DNA of 64,000 nucleotides, taken from positions 794,239 to 858,238 of the forward strand of contig NW_002060943.1 in the NCBI RefSeq assembly GCF_000150275.1, given 5' to 3'. The notes under the pieces are model-generated. The model was not told the origin of the DNA. It saw only the letters and a list, made by a program, of their open reading frames with translations, and did not search any database. The stretch comes from Trichoplax adhaerens. Its lineage: Eukaryota; Animalia; Placozoa. Below are positions 1-15,100 of this stretch, piece after piece. How positions within the stretch are numbered: the first letter of the stretch is position 1; the number at the start of each line of letters is the position of its first letter. A program made the translations under genes and the position numbers.

Positions 1-298
1 ATATTAGGCTAAATTATATGTACATGCACAAGCTTAATTACCTTATAAGATATGAGATAGACTTTTAGTGGTTATAAATAAATAACTCTTAAGTTATATC
101 TATACAACGATATTTGAATTTGTAACGTGAACGATCTTCTAACTAAACTACAGTATATATAAACTGTCAATTTACGATAGTCGCTCATTTTAAGGAATAA
201 ATCGCGTATTTTAAATATGAATTATTTCTGCAAGTCCTATAAATTGAATTCTAACTTCTATGGTACATTCTAACTAAATTGCTACATCAATAAAATAG

Positions 299-1941
299 TT
301 AATCCGTGATAGCCGACTTTATGGAATTATAAGCGCTGCTGTTTTTGTGGATATTTCAATTATGTTGGCTTGGGGAATTATTGATCCTGTAAATATTGAA
401 ACAAAAAATGAATCAGTCCCCGTAAGCATTATGTTTCAAAGATTTCTAAAATAATCATCTTATGTAAATCTACATGTCAGTGATTAGCTAGAATTATAAT
501 GATCAACAAAAGTACCATAAGGGTGTATGATAAATGTTTGTGAATATAGAATACGGTCTGGTGAACTTTAAATAATCATCTAAATACTAAATTTTAGTAG
601 CTATGTGTTAGTTTGTTGTCAATAAATAGAATACTATGATAATAGCTATATCTATAGAATACTAACGGCATTTTATGTCTACATTAATAGGACTTCAGCC
701 ATAACCGTGATAGAATAATGATCATTTCGATTAAACAATGTCATTCTAAATATCCAATTGTCTGGAATGTTTTACTATTTGGATTTAACGGATTACTGTT
801 AGTTTATGGTGCCATATTAGCTTGGCAAACGCGTCAAGTCAAAATGATGGCAGTTAATGATTCAAAACTAATTGGCTTAGCAATTTATAATGTGGCAATC
901 TTTGCATCCATTGGAGCTGGAATAGCATCTCTAGTATACGATAAACCAGACGCATTCTTTGGTTTAATTTCCGTATTTATCATTTTTCCTACCACCGTGA
1001 CAGTTTGCTTGGTGTTTGTACCAAAGGTTGCTTAATTATTGTTATTGATGATCTTTGACTATTTCTATTAGGAATAAATTAAATTTTTAGAAACATATGA
1101 TTACGCATTACGCTAGAATAATAATTTCATTAAAAATATAGGTAAAACAACTACATTTCCTATGTATGTTGCAGTATTTCACTTTAACTAATTATCTAGA
1201 GTAAAATGTTTTAAAATAAGCATCCTCTTAGATTATATCATTTTGAGGTAAACGACTAAAATTACTCTTTAATTAACTCAATTGCATATGCACTCAATGA
1301 TGAATGCGCTGATTTCAAAGTACTTTAGTGTTTTAATAAATTAGTGCTAAAGTCAATTTCTAAGCATACAACTAGCTTAAGATGTGAAGCTTCATTTATA
1401 TTCTACTAAGTAATTTAAGTCTCTTATAAATTTATGATTATGCCGTATTAGGTCTACAAACTAAAAAGCGCTGGAGCTTCTATGAAAATATCAACATTCT
1501 CAGTAGCTAATTATAATGTTCAGGGAATGATTAAAAGTGCTTCAACAAATTTAAAGACGATATATCCAGACACAAATATAGATTGTGATAATGTAGAGCA
1601 GGTAATTAACACCTTGATTTAATTAATTCATTTATGAATCATTGGCGCAAGTAGCAGTGTAAATTTGAATAAGATATCAATGAGCTTTAGGATACCAACC
1701 GGTAAAATTATATTTGAAACAATAATTTACATAATATCAATTAATTATTCTTTAGCTAATAAATGAAATAATACAACTGAGACTAGAATTAAAAAGAAAA
1801 CGGCAAAATGAAAATTGTGTTGGCGATGGAAGAGAAATTTTTATAAGCAATCCGTTGACTATAATGCAACCTTCGCATCGAAACTCTGTATCGTCCGCTC
1901 ATTTTCCAGAAACATCAAAGAATATTAATGAGAAAAATTGA
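299..1941 (+). CDS. GABA-B-receptor-like class C GPCR, gene 1 (3' part only: TM4 to C-terminus; 5' exons lie before the window)
   Basis: Exons with AG/GT boundaries, all phase 0: 299-421 (LIRDSRLYGIISAAVFVDISIMLAWGIIDP), 691-1026 (C..W..LLFGFNGLLLVYGAILAWQTR..NDSKLIGLAIYN..VFVPK, typical GABA-B TM5-TM7), 1452-1601, 1756-1941 (coiled-coil-like LINEIIQLRLELKRKR, stop TGA). Exon sizes 123/336/150 match gene 2 exactly. Confidence 0.9.
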
Positions 1942-4900
1942 CAATATTTAGCTTAAACAAAATGATCTATATACATTTAAATGATCTACTTTCCATTACT
2001 TACCTAGAATGTGAGTACTCGTAACTGGTCAAAGAAGATTCAGCTAAGTCAATCTGAAACAAGTAAATATAATCAATTGTAAACTATAGTAGCTCGCCTT
2101 TAATAATATTCTAAATCAAATTGTTGATGTAAAATGCAAGCTATTTGATAAGATAATGATAAAATAGGAGATAGTACAGTATTTTAAATTACGAATGTTC
2201 ATGTCTCAGCCTTATAGTTGGACGTGTATTTATACCCTAAAACTACCGTACATTGCCACTTTGTTTAATATGAATAGCATATTCAATTCCGGAAAAGTAT
2301 TCCCTAAGTGTAGTGTTAGAAATTGCTAAAAGATCAATCATGTTTCATATTGCATGGTAGTTACATCATTAAAGATTTTCTAATTTACGATATTGTCACG
2401 AAAGTAATCTTCGTGACGTATACTTTATTTCTATGTTACATTCTATATATGTTTATATCTCAGAAATGTTTACAGTCTCCTTAATTGTAATTTTAGTGGT
2501 TAACAGTTGATATCCTTAATTTAGGATTACATAGACTAAAATAGTAATTGTCAACCAGCTAAACTGGATTATATCTATCACCTCCAAGGTTGTTAAGGTT
2601 CAAAGTACAATTCCTAAGTTTAGAGGAAATGTCTTAGAAGGATAACTTTATATGTATCTGTTAAACTATTAATAAGCATTAATTATTTTAATACTGTTAC
2701 AGTAAATTTAATAGCATTAGACTGTATCTAATCTGTACAAATAGAATCTCTTTAGGGTATTAATTTGGTTAATTTCTAATAGACGAGGTGACTTGTGTAG
2801 CTAAACCGGTTTTAGGTCCGAAAGGTGTAAAAATGGCGAGTTCGCCGACAATAAATTAGATTGTAATTTTCTAGTAAGTCTTAAAGGTCTATCTTTGTTA
2901 AACCCTATCTGCCTTGGAATACCAATTGTCTGGTATTCCAAATAACAGTAGTATTGGATAGAAATCACCCTCTCAATCCTTGTTGCAAGTTAGAGCTATT
3001 CCTAGCTCATATAAGGTATCTACGTAAATTGAATGTGCGATTAAACTATTAAAATGCAAAGTTCTTGCCAATAAATTCCTAACTTATTCAACCTAGTACA
3101 TATGCGTATTGTACAAGCATTCATTCATACTTGACTAAATACTATACTTATAATGTTGAACTTCATGAACTAAGTACAATCGAAATTTGTTAAAAAAATT
3201 GCCTTATTGTTCCATAAATATGCATATATTTAATGCCTTGTAAATACCTAGATGTTATCGATTCAGCTATTTTTTCGATTTAGGTTTTACTATAATTAAA
3301 TACTTGGCGTAATCTATAAGTTTTACTGATTAATCTTATATGCATCAATATGATCTAAAATTACATTTACAATCAAACCGTAATTTGATGTCTTATCTTT
3401 ATTAAGTTTTGATCCTGTTACTTATCTATGTGAACGTACTTTATCTTCCTACTTAATTTATATGGCCTAGGCTATGATTCATATAGTAAACTTTATGAAA
3501 ATTAATTTATTGTATTTGTTGAAGACGGTGATATTATTTAAGAATTGTTTATGTCTGTTTTAATTTGATTTCTTTTATACATTTCTAGTATTTTACTTAT
3601 GGTTGAAATAATACGTTCAGTAGTTTACTTGTAGCGACTAATTCTGCTATGTACAGATCTAGCAGTTGTGAATTCTTATTAGGATTTAACATTTGAGTAT
3701 TTGGATTGTGAAATTACCTCGCGTTATACTTCTAATATAAGTTTAAAATGTACTCTCATTTATATAGATATTCCTATTTTAAATTGTGAGAACACATGTT
3801 AATATCACAATAAAGTGGTAGCAGAGTATGCGAGATTTGAAATTTTATCTCGTCTTGCCTTACGATTTTCTGAATCATACTTAATATAAGACTAGGTTGC
3901 GAATAAATATAAACACAGAGATGTAGGCTTGATCCTGAAATATCAATGAATAAAACTATAGCAATTGGAAGAGCGAGAATCATTATAAAACAACTCAATG
4001 GGATATCATGTGATTTTAGTTAACACAACTAATTTATTTACCTTTACTATCTTTAAACAACCTAATCAAATGTTTAAGAATTCTATAGCCTTTCTAGTGA
4101 CTGATTTATACGGTAAAAATAGTGAATTCTTCCAATTATTTTTGTATTTATTAAGTTGTAAAAATATTGGTACCATCGTTATATTGATTAAGTTTCTAGT
4201 TAGGAAAAGAAAACCTATAAATTTGTGTGGATTAATATTTGATAGGAGCATATAAATACTTTCTCTTTAAATCATGAAATTGCAGGTATTATTGTACCCA
4301 TTTTAGGACGATGAAAAAAACTAGAAATACTAAAGCTTTAATTTTACGTTACATACTACCAGTACGGTATAACAATTAAACTCAAACACGTAAACATTTT
4401 TCAAGCCGTCACTTAACGTCTGTAGAAAATATAGCAATGCTAATAAAATCGCTTTAGTTACGAATGTAACTGTAAGACATGAATTTAGGTAACCTGCGCA
4501 AACATGTATGAATATCAAATTAAATCCTCTTTATTGTATTTGCTAAGTATTCGATCAATATGCCTAAATAGGTATCTACCTAATTTGTTCGTTTTTAATC
4601 TAATACAATTGATTCTCTGTGTTATTGTTGAATTATTACTTGTTTTTCTTGAATGATTTTAATACTTTATATCTACGAACTATTTATTAGTGATTTGGAT
4701 AGTAAATCAAAGATTTTTGCTCTTATTTTTAGAATATGCGTACCGTATATACAGGATTAAGGCATCATCAAAATATTTTTGTTTTTGACTCTAATAATTT
4801 AAATCTGATTATGTTCTTTACATCTAAAAAATAGTCGCAGATGAATTTTAATTTCAACTTAAAATCTTGGGATATGTAACAATGAGTAACCTAATTGTAC

Positions 4901-7581
4901 TGTTGGCTAATATTATCATCTACCGTAAGAATCCATAAAAGAGTAATCGTTCTTTTCAAACTTATGCGCCTACCATGCTGTCAATATAAGACTAACTGTT
5001 ACAGATTACCTTAATTTAGAGATATTCATGGATTTGCTAACAATTTATCAAACGCCAAACCGAAACTGTATGATAATAATAAGACTTATCCAACATTGTT
5101 TATTATGGTTGTAACAGTATCGATGATCATTATTAATGCTCTTCCTATGACCTAGAACGAAGCTAATGTCTTTTTATTGTACAAAATCACTTTTAACTTT
5201 TGATTACATGCGGGAGTGGTCATCTTCGGTATAAAAGAAATGCAATTTACACCTCTTATCTCTTTCAATTATATATTAATGGCCTTAGAAGTCGAAAAAA
5301 TAGCAGTATTATCGTAGGTATAAAACTCTATTTATAGCTGTACCATCTTAAATCTGTGAAAAATTCTTTTACAGTTGCATCTCAGCAGGTAAATATGTTT
5401 TTCATCATTATAATGCTTACAGCCATTATGGGTATGAAATTATTTAATACGCGTATATTACGAAGCAGGTCAAATGTTAATAGGGGTTATCAGTTAGGAA
5501 AAGTTTGAAGTGAATATTTGAATATTAACTAAAATTTAATTATTGTACAATACTTACAATCCCAATGATTTTGCTGTCGATAGAAAATATCAATGATATA
5601 ATGGTTTATTCTGACAATTGTCCACTACACAGGAAATCAAGTCGTGGTGGAAATAAATAACAAATGTCGTATATCTATAGCAATATTTCGCGTCAATATA
5701 ATCTGAGAAGGCTGATCGATAGAATATATTTTGCACTCTTGAAGAAATTCAGGATATTAACTAGTTCTTGTCATATTAAGGCAGTCAGAGCATTGAGCTA
5801 GAAATAAATTTGAAATAAAATGGATCGTAAAATTATCTTCAGTGATATTTTATTGCATTTTAATATAGACATAAATGAAATAAATACTCATTGCAGTAGC
5901 TTTCTATTGCTAAATGAAAACTCCGTAGTGTACATATTCTATTATGTTCCACTGATAAAGAAAACCCAACGTTCAATTATATTTTTAATAAATAATAATG
6001 AAATACTGCAGTGAAACTAAATTGATACGGATAGTTATAACATTTGATAATCTACTGTGCGTATAAGATAATATTGCAGCATCATTTCTATATTCTCAAT
6101 AGCAAGTCAACACTATCGGAGAAAATATATACGATAAATATGCGTCAAAATCAAGTTTGACATTTCAAATAATTTTCATCATTTGTGATTAAGCCACAAT
6201 TACCAATGGTCTAACAAAGTATTCAGTACATTATTAGCTTAAGTACATCCATACACTGAAGTTAAAAATGAAACGTTTATATGATAATAATATCAACTCA
6301 ATTTCACCACAGTATTTCTATATTATTTATTTAAACCATAATTGAAAAATGGGTTATCTATTTACGTGATGTAATAGCATTTTCGGTATCATATTTCATA
6401 CTGCAAATAATTTACATCATTTCAATCAAACTAAAGGACCTTAGTTAATTTATCAGTACACAATTAAACAATATACATCAAACTCGAAAGGTGGAGCTAA
6501 TTACTAATGTGAACATTGTATTCATTCATAATCTGTACTATCTTGACCTTGTATATATCACATAACTATAATTTCAATATATTGTTGATATATTGGTTTC
6601 ACTTCCATCTAAAAGGTATGACCTTCTTTATTATCTATTTTCGATGATTCAAATAATATTCACTAATTAGAGTTGACCTATTGAAGTTATTTGTGGAGCA
6701 TGGTGTGACATTGACTCAATGAAACAGATAAGCTAAATTCTAATTTATACGTAAATAAATATTTTATCTTAGTTATCTAATGTAACATACGTATGCAATA
6801 TTCAGGACCATATAAAGTAAAGCATTCGTCCACATTCCGAAACTCGACGCATAAATCTTTATTCAAGGGAAAGCTGGACAAATTGATCAAAAAATATATG
6901 TGTGCATTTCACGCTTTTTATCTTATTTATTAAATACGATAACAAATCGAAATGATGTCTTCCTTTAGCACAGTTTTACCGAGATGTTCTAATTAACCTA
7001 TCGAAAAAAGGTTATTAAAAATTCTTTATCTGTGAGAAATTTGTGTTTAGCGAACTCCTTCGTTATCCACATTTTGATCATTATGAATTAATCATTATCT
7101 GTTGTCGTCATGCAGACAATGCTTCTAGGATAGTTCACGTATGTGAATATAATTATTACCTTAAACTCGAAGTATAGTCGCTAATTGGAGATAAGTTATA
7201 GCAAATGTAAGAGGATTCATTTCACTTTGCACTCCATCATTAGGAAAGACAATCATTTATAGCTGCAATCAAATTATGTCAGTATGCTTTCTTTCAAATG
7301 CCCCTCTCGATGAAGTCAATAGAAAAATGTAAATCGTAGCCCCTTTATAAATTATTAAAGTAAACAAGAATATAATAAAGCTTGCAGTAATCCTGAACAT
7401 CTGCCCTCGTTGCTAAAATCATAAATTGATTTGAATTGTATTCAATAATAATACAACGTTTTAATATTGTCGCCCACCGCTTAATCCAAACTCCGATAAT
7501 TATAATCAATTCCGTCAATTTCTGATCCTTTTGTAGTTAAATTACGTCTACATATGAAATTAGCCACTTTTACGATGGTGA

Positions 7582-7656
7582 TAGACACTACAATATTCGG
7601 TTATTGTAATCTGATCTTTATTAGACACTACAATATTCCGCTATTGTAATCTGATC
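7582..7656. repeat. 40-bp-period tandem duplication, intergenic
   Basis: TAGACACTACAATATTC(G/C)G(T/C)TATTGTAATCTGATC occurs at 7582 and 7622; each unit has an internal TACAATA/TATTGTA inverted repeat. Confidence 0.85.
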
Positions 7657-9174
7657 GTCATATATCCATTATTTGCATGAGATTACATTACCTACGTACG
7701 CAATTTCAATTCACGATATTGTTTAACAATTAGTTTATGAACAATATAAGATACTCCGAAAATTCATTTACCCATGATCAACTTCTTTCGTAGCCTTACT
7801 CTAAAATAATCTTCTTGTAGTCAGCTTAACCAAATTTAAATCATTTAACACAGTTTGAGACGAAAAATACGCAATAAATGCCTAGAATGGCTTTCATTTA
7901 TCGGTAACCAGAGTGAAACGTTTATTAACGATCTCCCTAATTTGCGATTATCATTTGGAAATCTCACCAAAGCAATATTAATGGTTTGTTTATTGAATTT
8001 GCTTTAATCAAATCAAATTAAACCACAACTTAATGTAATTAATTCGGACATATCTTAAATATAGAATATTGAACAATCAAATATCAAAAATTCATACAAT
8101 GGATAATAGTATATGATCTTATAGATTTATAGTTCAAGACGTGAAATGTAGCTTATTAGTCCATGCAGTTTGCGATCCATTAATGATTTAGTATCGAAAG
8201 ATTAAATCCATCGATGATTATTTAGATTCTTTCTAGTAATTTATTATAGCAAGATACACTTAGATCTGAAGGTGCAAATATGATTACTATTAGCTCATTT
8301 GGAGTATTTGCTGACCGATGCAACCAAGCGATCAAATAGCAGCTGAAATATGATATCAGATAGCAATAATGTTATCTTAGCCATGGAAGCAAAAGCTTTC
8401 TAAGCGATAAAAATTACTGTGATATTTATTTTTGCAATGACCTCATATAATCCTTGGGATCGGATAAATTCCGTTTTATGGTGGAAGACAGTCATTAAAT
8501 AATATTAAGATGCTTATTGTCTTGATTTATATCTGATCTAACTATAATCTAATTAATACCAAATAGAAATTTGATAATTCGCCTTATTTATCTCATGGCA
8601 ACTTAATAGAATTGGTAGATATGATTAATTGCATTTATCTTATGACAAGGATGGCTAGATACATGCTCAATTAAAAAATGTACAAGATGCATACTATAAA
8701 AATTTTTAAGGCTAAGAAATCACATCTTATGACCAGTGGATTTATATAGCATAAAATGATAAATATTTACTGCATTAACCGTTTCTCTATGTCACCGTTA
8801 CTTAAATATCATACTAAACCCTAATTTCGCTGAAATAAAGATACTCAACCCCATGTAACATTTTTAATTGATCATTTTTCAGATAATTGCCTAACAAAAT
8901 ATCGTTCAAGTTGGATTTATAAACATTTACTCTGATAGGTAAAAAATAAACTCTTTACCACTTCTAAAATTATGAACTTTACAATTTTATCGTATCATAA
9001 GTATGCCCGCAGACATTTTAACTAATAAATTTTGGATAATTTTTTTGGCTTTGTAACTCATTAAGTTACGAGCTAGCTTTTCTTCAATTGGCAAATATTT
9101 GATTCAATTTCATCGTATTCAAGTTAAGGTTCTTAAAAAATACAGAATAACTTATTGCTCCTTATACCATCACT

Positions 9175-12100
9175 ATGGATTTCAGCTATCGAATTATCTC
9201 GACTAAAGTGGTTCCGATTTCAATTTTCCTTTCTATACTAATGATCATTGCACCAGCTGTACAAAGTAAATACTTTTCATGCCCTAAAAATAACCAGGAA
9301 GATAAGGTACTAACTTTAGCAGGCTCATTTGATATTACTGGCGATGAATTAAGCGGAGTTGGTCCATTGACTGCTGCACATATGGCGTTGCGGCATATTT
9401 ACTATAACTCAACTCTTTTACGCGGCTACTGTTTAAATATGGATTGGAGTAATGCATATGTAAGTGCTGTAAAATCATAATATTTATGATAAACTAATTT
9501 ATTCTGTCTCAATGTGCTTCAAGAATAGCGCTAGACTATCATAATAATAGTAAAGCTAAGATAAATAAGAAAATTAATACTTTCTAGTAGTACCTACGTA
9601 TATTATAATTGTTAACAAAGCAAATAAACTGCAATCGTATAGCGGGTAAATTTATACTTTCTAATTCACCAACATTCCCGGCTAATAGCAAACCTAGTAC
9701 ATGCAATTCTCCATAATACGAATACTGAAAGTAATGATTAAATATACGTATATAGATATACTGTTATACACTAATAACAACACCAAATCAGATAAAATAC
9801 TAGTTTTTCTGATCGACTTGCAGCTCTTGGAGTCGAATTAATTAGTCTTTTGATGGATAAGTGAGCAATAATGTTTGATTTGTAGTTATTAACATACTTA
9901 CTACGTATATCAAAATTACTCCATATTAAACTGCCAAAAGCCTCCCTCACGGCTGGCTTTCACTTGCATGTCATATTTTTTACAAGTTTTCCGGCTCTTC
10001 CTATTAGTTTACTTACAAATATTACATGAAAATATTTGAGCTGAAGATTGATGATACTTAAATCACCTAATATGTCTATTATGAACTGTAATAATTGTAA
10101 TAACAAATTAAAACAATTCCAAATCTGTCTCATATCAATCAATGAGCATTAGAACTTGCAAATATATTCCTATAAACGCATCATTTTCTTGAACAATTTT
10201 ACCAATTGATATAATCTCGTAGATATAGAAACTAGGCATTCGTATGTATCCCTGAACAATGAAAGAAAAATCACTGTGTTAACAGGAAGCTTTTTCAATA
10301 TTCAGACTTGTACTAGATAGAGAGGACCATGTAGATCTAGCTATACTCAATAATGACCAAACAAAGTAAATTTTTAATAAAGTTTTAAGGTTCCTTCATC
10401 ATTTTGATCCTAATAGTAAGAGTAGTATTATTTTTTCGAATAGTTTACACTCGGCCATACTTAGATAGTTCATTACACACGGAAGAAGTTAACGTCGTAG
10501 TCTTTTTATTGATTATTAAATCCTCTTAATTACAGCATTTACAGACTTGAAGTATATGCTTGTCACAACCCTCACTTGTGGCAAAGGAAAGTAAAGAACT
10601 CTAGTGTAGTTACTTAAAACTTGGGCTATTTCTCCCAGTACTTTCAGTTTCTATGAGAGAAGTATTTGAGAACTCGATTTCTCGGCTGATCTCCACAGAC
10701 AACTGACTAATTATTACACTATTCTTCATGATATGAGTCTTGCCGTTTCTTGAGCAATTACTTTTTTTATTCTACAAACATACGCGCTTAAATAGGTTTC
10801 TACAGTAAATTCCAATATTAACGAGTGAGAATTCATGCTTTACAAGTTACATTAATTAGTATAATACCATTACTAAATATACATGTCGATATTCTCAGAT
10901 TTAGATAGCTACAAGCTATCAGGTGTTAAGACGCTTAACCTTCGTCCATATACAGCTCAATTTTTAGAGATTAACATAACTTATAAACCTACAGTAAATT
11001 AACTGCTAACAACTTCTATTTTTATCTCATTTCTACCATCCTATTATCAGCTACAAGCGCATTAAAACATAGCACATAACCTTATCTTATCTATTCATAA
11101 GCATTCATTAATTTACAGTTACTTAATTAGTAACGGCGTACCGTGACAATGCTATACCTATCTTGAAAATGATCTTAGTCATAAAGTCTAGTCTTTAATA
11201 AGGATGCAGAAGCCCTCCTACATATTTAAAAATACTATACTCTATCTGAAATTCTTTTCACAAGGGCGTGTACCTCAGGTACGAAATAAAATTTTCATAA
11301 TGATAATGATTTCGTGTTCAATTTAAAGTTTAACACTATACCCTAAAACAACTAGATTTAGAACTAATTTTGTGAAATTATAATGAAATCTTAATTCAAC
11401 TTTTGTCATCAATTTTAAAAAATTTAAAATTTCTGTCGACATCGTAATGTCGTTTCAGTGCGATGCAGGCTTAGGCTTAAAGCTATTGTACGACCAAGTT
11501 ACTACTGGAACAACTAAGTTGGCAGTATTTGGCTCATCTTGCTCCGTCGTAACTCAGCAGATGGCACGAATTACACCCTATTATAACCTGATTCAGGTAA
11601 TTGTAATTCAACAACCAACTGAACCAAATAAATGCAATATGAAATATAATAAATTGTATTTTTGCATTGTTGCAAGCTGTTATTTTCAATTAATTTCCAT
11701 ATTAGGGATTATTACCAGTTATGTTCACCATTTTAGGGATAATTACTGCCGTGAGATTATGTTTTAAAACAAATTTACTATTGTCGTGGTTTTTCTTAAC
11801 TTATCTTACAAATATAGAGTATTGATGTATAAACTATAATGGTATAAAAAGTATATACGATAGAGAAAAGAGTAGATTTCGGCTTAAGATAAATTTGCAT
11901 AAGGCATTAAATTGCTCGTTGGAGATTTTTTTGAGTTTAACTTGCAGTCGTGATACTAGCAATAGCGTTAAAAACCATAAAGTTCTTCTACATTATTGAA
12001 TGAGCTGATTCACTTTAATCACTTTTAATTAGCTCTCCTATCTATCTTCGTCCCCTACGTTAAATTCAAGAGACGATTATTCAACATTATACCGTACCTA

Positions 12101-15100
12101 CCCGTCAGAGACTTCTATTAGCTTGGCTAGATTAGAGCTTTGTAGAAGATACAATTGGAAAAAGATTGCAATTATATCAGAATCTCTACATGTTTGCTCA
12201 AAGGTATAGGCCAAATCTGATCTATATAATAATTACAGCACGAATCAATAAGCTACTATAACTTTTGAAGCAAGCCTTTTATAAACTTTGGTAGACGGCT
12301 CAAATCATGAGTCAACTTGCAAAGGCCAAAAAATTGGAAATTCTAGCCATCACAGAATTTGGTGATCGTGAAGACCCGCTTCAAGCGTTAAAAATTATTA
12401 AAGTAATTTGCTTCGTGTTATCAATTGATCTATAATTTCATTTTTACACATTTAAAATTGCTAATTCGTAAGGTAAGATCTTTCGTTTTTCATAATTTTG
12501 ACTAGAAAATGAAAGCTAGAATCATCATGGGAGGATTTACATCAACTTCAGCCTTAAAAGTATTCTGTCGTGTAAGTCAATACTTGAAAACATTATTCAG
12601 TAAAATCTTGATGCTATTTTGGCCATACTCTTTAATTTCTAATTACTCCTTGAGATGTTTACTCGATAAATTAGTAATTTTTCAGGCTCAATGTATAAAT
12701 AATTTCACTAAAATTTTTGAAAAATTACAGGCCTACCATTTAAACTTAACAACACCAAAGTATGTCTGGATGATTAAGGGTTGGTTTAATAGTAATTGGT
12801 GGAAGCTAGATCAAGAAAATATTACAGTTGGTAATGTAAGCTGTACTCAAGCCCAAATTAACCAAGCTATAGATGGTTACTTCTCAAATGATGGCCTTCA
12901 AATCTATGATCAACCACTTGACACAGTCTCAGGCTTAGTAAGTAGTAATTACTTTACGGAAACCAAAAACTACCCTAAATTTTGAACCACGAGGTTGAGA
13001 TAGTTACGATATAGTCTAATCATATCAAACACATGGATAACTTCATTTCCATCGGAGAAATTAAATACAAGTATATTTATATATCTACCATCCATCTATT
13101 TTTCTCAATAATATAAATATTATCTAGTCAATAGTCTAATTATCATGTGCAACCATGATGATAGTTAAACAAGATTACTACTTTAATATGACAATGCAAA
13201 GTTTTAAGCATCATAACTAATTCTGAAATATAGACTCCTCAGGAATGGAATAAACTTTATAATCAAGAAATGGCTCAGAAGCCGCTGAAACACGCCATTG
13301 ACGACTATGGCTCATTCGCCTATGATGGCATTTGGAGTCTGGCACTGATGCTAGATCGGTCTATTAGTTATCTAAAACGTCAAAATTTAACCTTGGAAGG
13401 ATTTCGTTATAAAAGCAATCAATCTATAGTATATCGAAATACCTTCCAGAATATTTTAGATCATTTAAAATTTAAAGGTATTACGGTAAGTGAAATCTAC
13501 GCTTTTAAAATAGATATCAGTAGTGTCATCAGTCTAGCTATTAATAAGCTGAGAATGAGATCTATGCTTGCTAAATATATCTCTGCAAAATACCCATGAT
13601 GGGATTCTGCATATCCATAAATTTACTTCAAATTTGATAACGGGGTCTAATTATTTAGGTGATAAGCTCAGCCGTGTTATTCACTAAACAACTAATCTGG
13701 CATTAATTTCCTAATACGGCGTAAAATTCATCCATAATTAATAATCAAATTTACTCAGCTTCCACTACTTACTAATTTAATATGTACCAATATAATTTTA
13801 ATTTCGCTTGATGACAGATTCTAGCGAGTATTCTTAATAACATACTGTTCAATCGTATCAATTTTTATCTATGGTAACTCTATACTACAGTTATTTATCG
13901 ATTTGTAAACACACTGAAATTAATCTTTTAAACCCACTATAGGGCCCAGTGAGTTTTCATGATGGCGATCGCTTAGGAAAAATCACTATAAAACGCTTCA
14001 TCAGTAAGATTAAAATTTCAGTCTACCTATATTCTCTTCACGATTACAGCTAAATGGGTCTTTTCTGCGCGAAAAATCTTTAAAATTATTCAGATGTATA
14101 ACGGATTTGCTACAGATCGTTATGCCGTGCGGCTTACTGCTTTCTGTCCTATTAGAGGCTGAGATATTAATTGATGGATTATGTATACCAAAAGCCCTAA
14201 AGTTCAATTTAAATTCCAATTAGATCAACGCAACGTTATAATCGGTCAGTTTGATGATAAGACATCAAATACTACTTGGAATAACTCTACCGATATTGAC
14301 TGGAAAACGCAAGGTTAGCTTATTTCTTAAGCATCATTTTAACTCATTTCGAAGCATCAATGAACTAAATACGTGCGATGGCGAAATGATATAAATCTCT
14401 TTTGTGGTTATTATATTTGATTTTTCGATTTAAATCCAAGTTAATTATTTCAACTTGGGTAGGATATACTCTTCAATCATCCATTTTCTTTTTGGTATTA
14501 CATTAAATTTAGTCGACGATCTATCATCGTAGTTTATTTCATTTGGTTAGCAACTTTTTTAAATAATTATAGAACTGAAATTATAATTTTATTAACTTTC
14601 CTTCTGCTCTTACCAATACTACTCTACCATTATTGAAGTAGACGTTTATCTAGATATATTGAGTATTCATTTTGCATCTCCACCAGGTAATTCCGTTCCC
14701 ACTGACTGGCGAACTATCACCATTACCAACTTAAATGTTTCTGAAATGGTCTACATGATCGTCATGATTCATGTGGGATTAGTCTTCGCTACTTCCTGCA
14801 TCTTAATGGCTATTTATTTCTACTATCGCAAAGAGCCGTAAGTGGATAATTCCTAATACAATAATTTTATGCCGTCAGTTATCCAATTTATCAATGAACA
14901 ACCGATCTAACAGCTTCTACTGAAAGGATTGATAAATTTTAACAATGTTTTCTAGCCCTATTGCAACTTCAAATATCATATTAGACCTATTTATGGGATT
15001 CGGAACTCTACTTTGTCTCTCGTATGTTGGATTTCTTTGCCTAGAAAATGGAATTGTTGACCCCAATAATAAGATTTTAGCTTTTCTGTGCACGGTATGA

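Noticed and set aside
3774-6014. Several 60-85-aa ORFs in the gene 1-gene 2 spacer
   Set aside because: I/L/F/K/N-rich translations typical of AT-rich non-coding DNA, with no paralog or splice support.
7582-7656. Palindromic 35-bp direct repeat as a possible CRISPR repeat
   Set aside because: Only two copies separated by ~5 nt, no spacers, no cas genes, eukaryotic context.
14880-15100. Gene 2 as a pseudogene (stops follow the first candidate acceptors at ~14913 and ~14926)
   Set aside because: The acceptor at 14955 gives a 139-nt exon, the same size and phase as in gene 3, and keeps the frame open.
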